Sequence record: BK067788.1
Length of the DNA: 32,443 nt
Reading direction: 5' to 3' (one strand)
Shown: piece by piece, positions 25,379-32,443 of the stretch
How the letters are laid out: each line of letters begins with the position of its first letter
Numbering within the stretch: position 1 is the stretch's first letter
Translations under genes and position numbers: made by a program
Notes under the pieces: generated by a model
What the model was told of the DNA's origin: nothing
What the model saw: only the letters and a program-made list of their open reading frames with translations
The model's database searches: none

Positions 25379-26304
25379 TGTGCCGGAATTGGTGGCTTGT
25401 AGGAATTAGCCATCTTTTGCATGTTAGGGGATAACTGGTTCATCTGTACGTCACCTTTGGCTAGAGCATCATGCAGCTTTTCGGGTGTTGGATATTGTGC
25501 AAAGACCTGTTGATCCGTAAGTTTTCCGTTTGGTGTACTTGTGGTTGGTGTGTTCCCTGGTAAGCTTGGCAAGATTCCGCTTAATGGATTTCCTCCACCT
25601 CCGTTTGATATTAGATAGAATCCCATGAATCCGATTGCACCTACGATAGCAACTAGGGCAATTATAATCATCCAAGGTTTTTTGGCGTCTGTCTTTACGT
25701 TTGTTACCTTCTTTGCTACAAAATCCGTTCTTTGTATTGCGTTGTAAATGTCACCTAGATATTTAGGATCTGTACCTACAAAGTCATCTTCTAGAAACTC
25801 AGTCGTATCTTTTACAGGCGTTATTACTTGTTCAACGGCTATGTTTTTGAAATAAGTTTCAATGTTTTGGGCTTGGGAACTGTAATTCTTTCCTCCGCTT
25901 GAAATTGCAGTTACTATCTCTTGTACATTATGGGATTCAAATGCCTTTTGTTGTTTCTCTCTCTGTGATAATATCTTGAATACTCCGAACATTGTCATGT
26001 TGACTCGTGGTAATCCATTTGTTTCTAATAGATCTTCTAGTTTTTTGGTATGGTCTGGTGACATTGGTTTGTAATGTTTAGTTGAATAGAATAGAATACG
26101 AATAGACCTTGCAGCAGTTTCTTTGTATGTTATGATACGGGAATCTTCAATCTTGAAACAATAAACCTGTTTATCTATGTCAGTAACAAAATAATCACCT
26201 ATTGTGTGTTTTATTGGTACAAAATGACCTCTACCTGATGAATCTCGTATGATTGCGGTAATGTATTTTGGACTAAAGACGTCACGATGGCTAATAACAC
26301 CCAA
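25375..26304 (-). CDS. Single-pass membrane protein with a large N-terminal soluble domain
   Basis: TM near residues 210-232; Pro/Gly/Thr linker. Confidence 0.75.
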   Translation of the reverse strand: MGVISHRDVFSPKYITAIIRDSSGRGHFVPIKHTIGDYFVTDIDKQVYCFKIEDSRIITYKETAARSIRILFYSTKHYKPMSPDHTKKLEDLLETNGLPRVNMTMFGVFKILSQREKQQKAFESHNVQEIVTAISSGGKNYSSQAQNIETYFKNIAVEQVITPVKDTTEFLEDDFVGTDPKYLGDIYNAIQRTDFVAKKVTNVKTDAKKPWMIIIALVAIVGAIGFMGFYLISNGGGGNPLSGILPSLPGNTPTTSTPNGKLTDQQVFAQYPTPEKLHDALAKGDVQMNQLSPNMQKMANSYKPPIPAQ

Positions 26305-26305
26305 A

Positions 26306-26797
26306 TTAAGATTTTACCTCCGTTGTATTTCTTAATTTTTCCCAACCAGTTTCATAAATTAAACCGCAAACCGTCATTAGAACAATTGCACCAACTATAT
26401 AAAATGTAAATCCGATAGTTCCGATTGTTAGAGTTGATAATAGAACATCAAAATTCGAACTTGGTGTGTCATTAATTTTAGTTTCAGTCCCGTTATTATA
26501 TTTAACATAGTAGGTATTTTTCGGTGTAATGTCGTATGAGTCATGTACTGCTGATAATAACATTGGAAATACAAAACACACTATTACAAATGATATAACA
26601 AATACACCAAAAATTATAATTCCGTAAAGAAGCGTTTTCCTTAAAACATTATCTCTTGCATTTTTTGACTCTTCATTGGCTCTGTATTTTTTACACTTAC
26701 AATCTTTATTTTTACAGTTATGAACTGATTTATCTCGTGAATTTGTCGAACCTTCATGATCTTTTCTTGGGTGTTCACATTCACAAGTAAGAATCAT
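26306..26797 (-). CDS. Two-TM protein with an N-terminal CxC-H..H..C..CxC Zn module
   Basis: TCECEHPRKDH...NCKNKDCKCKKY; two TM helices. Confidence 0.7.
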   Translation of the reverse strand: MILTCECEHPRKDHEGSTNSRDKSVHNCKNKDCKCKKYRANEESKNARDNVLRKTLLYGIIIFGVFVISFVIVCFVFPMLLSAVHDSYDITPKNTYYVKYNNGTETKINDTPSSNFDVLLSTLTIGTIGFTFYIVGAIVLMTVCGLIYETGWEKLRNTTEVKS

Positions 26798-26850
26798 TTC
26801 TTGGCATTTCCTCCTAAACTTGGCACTATCATAAACAAAAACTCAATGGT

Positions 26851-26866
26851 TTTTAAAGTTTACTTG
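26851..26866 (-). promoter_or_regulatory. Putative promoter CAAGTAAACTTTAAAA (copy 2)
   Basis: Identical to 20432..20447; upstream of ATG 26832 (12-aa uORF coupled to 26797). Confidence 0.45.
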
Positions 26867-27156
26867 AATGTTTCTCTTAATCTCTGTTCAAATTCTTCCT
26901 TGGTTTCTACTGGAACTATAAGTGTAATACTTCTTAGTCTTTTCTTAAAATCATAAGGTGATTCTCCTGGGGTTGGTTCAAAGACAGAATAATGTGTCTT
27001 TAGTTCTTTTAGTTTGATAGATTCAAGCCAATTTTTTTTATATTCAGTATAGGTTAATCCGATTGCTCTTTGATCAGTTCTGTATTGTTCACCTAAAATT
27101 CTATCAATTTCTCTGTTTTTTTGCTTGTTTTCTCTATTGGTATTTAGAGACTCCAC
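26860..27156 (-). CDS. Charged hypothetical protein
   Basis: ORF track, GTG start. Confidence 0.6.
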   Translation of the reverse strand: MESLNTNRENKQKNREIDRILGEQYRTDQRAIGLTYTEYKKNWLESIKLKELKTHYSVFEPTPGESPYDFKKRLRSITLIVPVETKEEFEQRLRETFK

Positions 27157-27219
27157 GTATTGTTTTTAGAAAAATGTCATACATAAAGCTTTAGTAATGG
27201 TTGATTATTAGTCATATTA

Positions 27220-27693
27220 GTGCCATCGATTCCAGAAAGTGACAAGACTATAACGGATATGGTTGATGTGGTCTTAGAATCATGGAAAGAACCACAAAAG
27301 ATAGAAACTGAAGATGGAAAGTTTAGAACAGAACGTGTAATAAACGAAAGGCGTGCTTGGTGGCAGACTCACCACATAGGAACAAGATCATTAGGTGAAT
27401 TGGCAAAAGAATTAGAAAATCTTAGGAATTTATTCAAAAGTGCAGGTTATCACATGACGGCATACAGAGCAGATGTTTTACAGAAACAAGGTGCTATGTT
27501 ATGCCAAGTTTATGATTATATGGTAGATGCAAAGAGTTCAGAATCATTAAGAGATGAAAATAATACAAATCTTACATTACTTGCAATGTTAGCCAAGGCC
27601 AAGACAGAAAGACAATTTAGTGTCAAGGGAGAGTTGAACAAATCTGTCATGGATGGCATATTAGGCAGAAAGGCTAACGAACAAGCAGGCTAA
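27220..27693 (+). CDS. Hypothetical helical protein
   Basis: ORF track, GTG start. Confidence 0.7.
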   Translation: MPSIPESDKTITDMVDVVLESWKEPQKIETEDGKFRTERVINERRAWWQTHHIGTRSLGELAKELENLRNLFKSAGYHMTAYRADVLQKQGAMLCQVYDYMVDAKSSESLRDENNTNLTLLAMLAKAKTERQFSVKGELNKSVMDGILGRKANEQAG

Positions 27694-27725
27694 ATACTTT
27701 TAATCTACCAGTCCAATATTATTTC

Positions 27726-27869
27726 ATGTTAAAATCAGAAAGGAAAATGCTAACTAGAGAATCACCAGAAGGTAAAACGGAATATTTAGGAAGTTTTGAA
27801 ACCGAAGAACGAAAAGTAGAATTGATTGAAAAAGATAGAAAGACAAGAGCAGTTCTAGGTTTGGATTAA
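27726..27869 (+). CDS. 47-aa charged micro-protein
   Basis: Manual translation; TAATG coupling to 27869. Confidence 0.55.
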   Translation: MLKSERKMLTRESPEGKTEYLGSFETEERKVELIEKDRKTRAVLGLD

Positions 27870-28291
27870 TGAGAAAAGACAAGTACCGACCAGAGGAAAA
27901 GCGTTTATGCCAAACTCAAGAACAATTAATCATAGAACACACTAATCAATGTCATATCTGTAAAACAAGCTTTAAAGAATACAAACATTTTGGCGTCTCA
28001 CATACCCCACCTTGTAAAGACTTTACTAATCAATTAAGAAAGCATATTGATAATTGCGGTATTTGTGGAACTGCAAACAAGAAATGGAATGAAGATGCCA
28101 TAAATATCACACCAGAAATGAGACAGATCACAGGTGAATTAATCAAGGGTAAGATTCCAGATGTAGGCTTGTTGAAAAAAGTCGCTAGTCATTTGTTTGG
28201 TGAATTGCAAATGTCATCAGATGAAATTCATGACATGTCTGCAAAAGCAGAGAATGAAGTGAAAAAATCCTTAGAAACTGACGAAAAGTAA
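27869..28291 (+). CDS. Cys/His Zn-binding hypothetical protein
   Basis: HTNQCHIC...PPC...HIDNCGIC. Confidence 0.65.
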   Translation: MRKDKYRPEEKRLCQTQEQLIIEHTNQCHICKTSFKEYKHFGVSHTPPCKDFTNQLRKHIDNCGICGTANKKWNEDAINITPEMRQITGELIKGKIPDVGLLKKVASHLFGELQMSSDEIHDMSAKAENEVKKSLETDEK

Positions 28292-28292
28292 T

Positions 28293-28412
28293 TTATTCTT
28301 CTTTTTCTTCTTCAGGATGCCTGGAACGATAGACCTTTTCTTCGATAGAGTTCTTTGCGTCTTCAGCTTGATACCCTATCTTATCTCTAAGCTCATTAGC
28401 TCGCTTATGCAT
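28293..28412 (-). CDS. 39-aa charged micro-protein
   Basis: Manual translation MHKRANELRDKIGYQAEDAK...EEEKEE. Confidence 0.45.
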   Translation of the reverse strand: MHKRANELRDKIGYQAEDAKNSIEEKVYRSRHPEEEKEE

Positions 28413-28414
28413 CG

Positions 28415-28570
28415 TTATAGCATCTCAGAGTGATGTTTCTTTCCATGAAGGTGTGATCCTTCTATTTCATGGAGTTCTTTATGTGAAATTCCGCTATGCT
28501 CATGCATTGGGCTTTCTGAGTGATGAGACGTTCCCATCTTGTCTAGATGTGATTTTGCTTTTTCGTGCAT
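28415..28570 (-). CDS. 51-aa His-rich peptide
   Basis: Manual translation; 12 His and 4 Met; TTTTAATA upstream. Confidence 0.6.
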   Translation of the reverse strand: MHEKAKSHLDKMGTSHHSESPMHEHSGISHKELHEIEGSHLHGKKHHSEML

Positions 28571-28618
28571 GTCTTTTCAAGAGTAATTACAGTATTAAAA
28601 TATTTGTCTTGGATTGAC

Positions 28619-28635
28619 CAAAAAAGAAAAAAGGG
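28619..28635 (-). terminator. U-rich terminator closing the ATPase operon
   Basis: Minus strand CCCTTTTTTCTTTTTT directly after the stop at 28637. Confidence 0.6.
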
Positions 28636-28636
28636 A

Positions 28637-28801
28637 TTAGGATGTAGATGTAGGTTCATCCTTTGGTTTGTTTTTCTTATCCTGTTGTTCCTTGTATTTT
28701 CTTGCCAATCTCTTCTTATGTGACATTATAGCAGCCATCAAAAGGCCACCCATAGCCACACAGATTTCTATTGTTGTGGTCCAGTTTGGTACAAATGGCA
28801 T
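28637..28801 (-). CDS. 54-aa single-TM micro-protein with a basic tail
   Basis: Manual translation MPFVPNWTTTIEICVAMGGLLMAAIMSHKKRLARK... Confidence 0.6.
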   Translation of the reverse strand: MPFVPNWTTTIEICVAMGGLLMAAIMSHKKRLARKYKEQQDKKNKPKDEPTSTS

Positions 28802-28944
28802 TATTTGTTCACTCTCCTACTCAGATTGAGCAAGTAGACAAGAAATTCTTCACCTGTCATTTTAAGCCCTTTGGCTTTCTTTAGACGGTATCTTTCATCG
28901 TTGAACTGATCAAGCGTACCATCTGACACGGTAATCGTTGTCAT
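28801..28944 (-). CDS. 47-aa RHH/CopG-like DNA-binding protein (MTTITVSDGTLDQFNDERYRLKKAKGLKMTGEEFLVYLLNLSRRVNK)
   Basis: Manual translation; MTTITVS strand, helix, then T-x-EEF-L-x-x-LL helix typical of archaeal RHH proteins. Confidence 0.65.
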   Translation of the reverse strand: MTTITVSDGTLDQFNDERYRLKKAKGLKMTGEEFLVYLLNLSRRVNK

Positions 28945-28949
28945 ATTAA

Positions 28950-30083
28950 TTAATTAGTTATATCATTATTTAATTGTTCTGTCGGTAATAATTGATCAAT
29001 AGGCGTGGTTTTATCATCGTCAGACAATACTCCATCAAGCATTTTTTTAAGCTTGGTTCTTGTTATTTTGAACCCATAATGAGTAGCTATGTCTTCTAGT
29101 GATATTTCCTTCTTATCTAATGCCTTGTATAGATACTTTTTGCATGTAACAATAGGCTTTGAATAAACATTAATGCCATTTTCCATCATTATTAGCTTGC
29201 ATGTTGCTCTAACTACATATTCAGTGAATTTCTTATTTGTTTCGTTAATGAACTGATCTACTGGAATTTCACTAAAATATAATTTTTTATTGGCTAGGCT
29301 GCAAATAGAGCATATTTTATCAATCCATTCCCTAACAGGAAATATAACATATCTTAACGAACTGTTATTAAAAAACAGGCATACCACGAATGGGTTCTTG
29401 TAATTGTATATGAAAAAGCCTTTAGCTGCAAAGGCAAATGTACATTTCTGTTTTGATGTCATTTCTACATATTTTTTCTCAAAATCTTCTATTTTGCTTG
29501 TGTATCTAGTTCCAACTATATTTATCATGTTTTCCTTCTCACTTGAACCAATAGAGGTAAAAAATCTAAAATTTGCTTGTCTTAGATACTTGTCAAGACC
29601 TAACGTATAATGATAATCATAAATTAGGATGATCTTGTAATCTCCATTTTTCAGGTGTCGTATTTTGGTTACTGCATTTTTTACTTCTTCTATGGCCTTT
29701 TTGTTTGCCAGGAAAGATAGGTCATGAAAATACAAAATATAGTTTGCTGGATCTAGAGCTTCCAGAGTTCCTTTCATATCATAAAACTCTTCCTCTCCAA
29801 ATTCTCTATAAGCAAAAGGTACGCATCCTAGAGACTCACTCATTTTATGGATCAGATGTGCGCATGTTTTAGCCAATGAAGTTTTACCTGTTGAAGGTTC
29901 GCCCACTATACCTACCTTTACAACATCCAGGGATTTTGTAGTATTGAGTATTTCAGTTATAGCAGCTCGTAGGCTATGGTTCCTGATCATATCACAGCCT
30001 TTCCATTTTATTACAGTTGGTGCATTCTTCTTGGATAGATGATCGGGGTTTTGTAATTGAACCTCAACATGTCTGATAACCAT
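28950..30083 (-). CDS. P-loop ATPase (viral AAA-like; packaging or replication role unresolved)
   Basis: Walker A GEPSTGKT, Walker B ILYFHD; C-terminal CSIC and HTH-like SLEDIATHYG. Confidence 0.8.
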   Translation of the reverse strand: MVIRHVEVQLQNPDHLSKKNAPTVIKWKGCDMIRNHSLRAAITEILNTTKSLDVVKVGIVGEPSTGKTSLAKTCAHLIHKMSESLGCVPFAYREFGEEEFYDMKGTLEALDPANYILYFHDLSFLANKKAIEEVKNAVTKIRHLKNGDYKIILIYDYHYTLGLDKYLRQANFRFFTSIGSSEKENMINIVGTRYTSKIEDFEKKYVEMTSKQKCTFAFAAKGFFIYNYKNPFVVCLFFNNSSLRYVIFPVREWIDKICSICSLANKKLYFSEIPVDQFINETNKKFTEYVVRATCKLIMMENGINVYSKPIVTCKKYLYKALDKKEISLEDIATHYGFKITRTKLKKMLDGVLSDDDKTTPIDQLLPTEQLNNDITN

Positions 30084-30673
30084 TATGTATCTAATTCCTC
30101 TCCTGTCTTTCCTTCAAGTTGTTCTAATTCTGATCCATCCTTGGGAGTATAATCACGCCTGAACTTTGCAGCCTTGGCCTCCAATTCATCTAGTAACTTC
30201 CAGCACCAATTCTGGAATTTAATATCAAACTGTCTGCGGTCTGTAAGACTGTCCTTTCGTTCTGGTGGCTTTGGTACTATCCCTAAGAAGCTAGGTTCTT
30301 CAAGTTGATACTTTATCATCTCAGTTTCTACCAGACGGTTTACATGGTTACACTTGCCACAATGCCAAACCTTGTCATACTTTTCTTTGGTGAATACTCC
30401 AATGATTAATGGATTTAGAAGCTTCTCAATCTGCATATCTTTAACCTCTATCTCTTCATCACAGTACGGACATTTGGCGTTTAGCTTCTCTTGTGTCTTG
30501 GCCTCATATTCTATTGTGGATATTTTAACTCTATAATCTTCAGGCAAACATCCGTTGAAAGCATACAAGGAACCTACTGCGGCATCATATCTTCCATTTT
30601 CCATATTGAAGATAGCCTGATTTCTATACTTGATGAAAGCGGTATTAATATCAGGTAAAGACGCTTGTGGCAT
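30083..30673 (-). CDS. Zn-ribbon-containing protein co-transcribed with the ATPase
   Basis: KCPYC...WHCGKC; TAATG coupling. Confidence 0.7.
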   Translation of the reverse strand: MPQASLPDINTAFIKYRNQAIFNMENGRYDAAVGSLYAFNGCLPEDYRVKISTIEYEAKTQEKLNAKCPYCDEEIEVKDMQIEKLLNPLIIGVFTKEKYDKVWHCGKCNHVNRLVETEMIKYQLEEPSFLGIVPKPPERKDSLTDRRQFDIKFQNWCWKLLDELEAKAAKFRRDYTPKDGSELEQLEGKTGEELDT

Positions 30674-30674
30674 T

Positions 30675-31133
30675 TTATGAAATCCACTCCAAAGTCATAG
30701 ATTTTCTAAATGGTCTTAAGCGTTGATTTTTATTAAAACATATTCTACAAGCTCTTTTACCTCTACTAATTTCATATTTAATAAGATTATCACCTTCCAA
30801 TAAATGACCACTTGGACAATACTTTTTTGCTTTGTTTATTGCTGAGAATCCGATTCCTCTACTAGCATTAACTCCTTGTGTAACTGCTTCCAAATGATCT
30901 GGATTTACACACGAGTAATTACCACACAGGTGATCTATAACCAATCCCTGAGGTATCTCACCTTTGAATAACATATAAGATAGTCTATGGGCAAAGAAGA
31001 ACTTACCTCTTACATATAATACTCCATATTGTAACCAGTTCTTTGCACCTATCCATGACCAACAATAAGTATCTTCATCAAATCTAATCTTAGATAGTAA
31101 TTGATTAGGTAAGATGGCATATCCCTTTTGCAT
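30675..31133 (-). CDS. HNH homing-type endonuclease (HNH_3-like), paralog of 24301..24786
   Basis: CWSWIG...AHR...GEIPQGLVIDHLC...CVNPDHLEAVTQ; KYCPSGH...RACRIC. Confidence 0.85.
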   Translation of the reverse strand: MQKGYAILPNQLLSKIRFDEDTYCWSWIGAKNWLQYGVLYVRGKFFFAHRLSYMLFKGEIPQGLVIDHLCGNYSCVNPDHLEAVTQGVNASRGIGFSAINKAKKYCPSGHLLEGDNLIKYEISRGKRACRICFNKNQRLRPFRKSMTLEWIS

Positions 31134-31190
31134 AATGTTCCTTCTGACCTATAGATAAAAAGATTTTCTTTCTTGAGAGAACCCTTACCT

Positions 31191-31228
31191 ATCCCTAAAA
31201 TGTTAAACAATCCTTAAAATGTTAAAAT
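31191..31228 (+). repeat. Two tandem 19-bp imperfect repeats (ATCCYTAAAATGTTAAA..)
   Basis: atccctaaaatgttaaaca / atccttaaaatgttaaaat. Confidence 0.8.
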
Positions 31229-31246
31229 CATGCCTAAATTAATTCA

Positions 31247-31276
31247 TTTATCACATTGTACCAACAATGTTAAAAA
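31247..31276. other. Candidate recombination core site (12-bp arm, 6-bp spacer, 12-bp arm)
   Basis: TTTATCACATTG-TACCAA-CAATGTTAAAAA; 10 of 12 positions pair; 21 nt upstream of the recombinase ATG. Confidence 0.45.
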
Positions 31277-31297
31277 CATCCTTGATTATTCCATTAC

Positions 31298-31912
31298 ATG
31301 CAAGCTAGAACCAACTACATAACCCCTGATCAGTTCAAACAATTGATTGATGGAGTAGATACATTAGAACTTAAGAAGTTTAATCATGAGGATGTAAAGA
31401 TGTTATTCAAAGTTTGTTATTGGATGGCACTTAGGATAGGAGAAGCTTTGAAGATTAATGTGGAAGACTTTGATTTTGAAGTTATGCAAGTATATCTAGG
31501 AAAGACCAAGACAGAGAAACAAGGATTTGCCAAGATACCAGAGGTATTTAGATTAGAGTTATTGGAATACCTACTAGATAAGAAAGGTCCATTGTTTCCA
31601 GGCATGAATAGATTTATTGTTTCTTATTGGTTAAAGACTCTAGGTAAGCGTTACAAGATAAAGGCTTTGACTACTTCACAAGAAGATACCGAAGAAAAGA
31701 CAATCACCCACATCTTTAGAAAATCAATGGCTAAGGATATGTTCTATGGTATACATGGAGAGAAAGCACCTTTGACCTTTGTTTCTGATACTTTAAGACA
31801 TAAGGGTAAGAATAGACTTGCAGCTACACAGGAGTATCTTAAGATAACAGGCGAAGATCTAGATGATTTTTGGAAGCGTATAGCTAAGAAAGAAGAAGAA
31901 TCTCAGGTATGA
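31298..31912 (+). CDS. int: Minimal tyrosine recombinase/integrase
   Basis: Catalytic set R (ALRIGE), K (KTK), HxxR (HIFR), H (LRH), Y (TQEY); 204 aa. Confidence 0.9.
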   Translation: MQARTNYITPDQFKQLIDGVDTLELKKFNHEDVKMLFKVCYWMALRIGEALKINVEDFDFEVMQVYLGKTKTEKQGFAKIPEVFRLELLEYLLDKKGPLFPGMNRFIVSYWLKTLGKRYKIKALTTSQEDTEEKTITHIFRKSMAKDMFYGIHGEKAPLTFVSDTLRHKGKNRLAATQEYLKITGEDLDDFWKRIAKKEEESQV

Positions 31913-32169
31913 AAGTAATCAAACTTGTTATCTCTTCTCTTTAGTCTTTGCTCTGTTAGATACCTAGCAATACGATACAGGCCATTGAACTTTACTCCCC
32001 ATATCAGGAATACGCCTAGACCAATGTTTAGAAAGTCTTGCCAGTTCCAATGAAACCAAGGAACGATAAAGTTTAGGCTTGACATGACAATCATAAAGCC
32101 TGCACCGATTAGGTATAGTCTGGAATGCTTGATCTTGATGTTTTCATTGTCTTTCCACTTTCTAGTCAT
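31903..32169 (-). CDS. Two-TM membrane protein, convergent with the integrase
   Basis: Two hydrophobic helices; 10-nt 3' overlap with int. Confidence 0.65.
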   Translation of the reverse strand: MTRKWKDNENIKIKHSRLYLIGAGFMIVMSSLNFIVPWFHWNWQDFLNIGLGVFLIWGVKFNGLYRIARYLTEQRLKRRDNKFDYFHT

Positions 32170-32290
32170 TATCTATACCTCAATCTAACATCTGATTTTT
32201 TCTTTTTGGTTTCTTTACTATAATCTATTGTAATTATAACAGCCATCTCTTACTTGTTTCACTGTTCCAGTAATGATAAGTATTTCTATT

Positions 32291-32443
32291 TCAGTTTACC
32301 AGGTCTTCAATTGTATTTCGTTGTTCAATCCATGTCTTATAAGGCAAGTGCAAGACTTTCTTAACTTTTCTTATGCGGTCCTGTCTTTCCCAAACTTGTC
32401 TTTGTTTCTTTTTCAATAGTAACAGTCTGACTTGTTCATGCAT
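32291..32443 (-). CDS. 3' part (50 aa) of the protein starting at 186 if circular, or a standalone small ORF
   Basis: MHEQVRLLLLKKKQRQVWERQDRIRKVKK...DLVN*. Confidence 0.6.
   Translation of the reverse strand: MHEQVRLLLLKKKQRQVWERQDRIRKVKKVLHLPYKTWIEQRNTIEDLVN

Larger units (their letters stand above)
1..32443. mobile_element. Putative spindle-shaped archaeal virus genome (integrase-encoding, probably complete and circular)
   Basis: Two helical-hairpin capsid-like proteins, membrane/glycoprotein structural operon, ATPase, tyrosine recombinase, HNHs, dense small ORFs with ATGA/TAATG overlaps, TATA promoters; no cellular housekeeping genes. Confidence 0.85.

Noticed and set aside
944-31605. 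Many track ORFs antisense to, or overlapping, better genes (e.g. 944, 1867, 3416, 3484, 5126, 5342, 5651, 6991, 8310, 8468, 8808, 10158, 12190, 13006, 19899, 20169, 20628, 21297, 23600, 23941, 29404, 30354, 31417)
   Set aside because: They are shadow frames of motif-bearing genes in continuous coupled operons, with hydrophobic F/L/S/V composition typical of the reverse complement of A-rich coding DNA.
1-32443. tRNA or tRNA-derived attP, CRISPR or mini-CRISPR array, DGR template/variable repeats, IS terminal repeats, terminal direct repeat
   Set aside because: By eye I found no cloverleaf or T-loop motif, regularly spaced repeat-spacer units, reverse transcriptase, transposase or matching end sequences; tRNAscan-SE and a self dot-plot would confirm.

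Overview
The window looks like an essentially complete, probably circular, AT-rich genome (~32.4 kb) of an archaeal spindle-shaped virus. The host is inferred, not proven; Nitrososphaeria/Thaumarchaeota is the most plausible. Support: two helix-loop-helix capsid proteins (23916..24227 major, 22708..22977 minor), a glycoprotein/membrane structural operon ending in a fibre-like adhesin and a secreted metzincin protease, a P-loop ATPase, a minimal tyrosine recombinase, four HNH-type nucleases, and TATA-type promoters with U-rich terminators. Two large accessory operons of tiny membrane and Zn-binding proteins run divergently from a near-symmetric promoter region at 12541..12642 that carries six GTAC boxes, with an RHH-like gene just downstream. 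The rightward operon encodes three DNA-modification-type enzymes. No polymerase, primase, helicase, tRNA, rRNA or CRISPR array was recognised. Main points: the ORF running off base 1 continues in frame at base 32443 (circularity); a T11 tract frameshifts the 473-aa structural gene inside its signal peptide; a dif/att-like 12-6-12 inverted repeat with tandem repeats precedes the recombinase; there is a 51-aa His-rich peptide; and many coupled micro-ORFs fall below the ORF-track cutoff. All homology calls are from motif recognition only; no database search was run.
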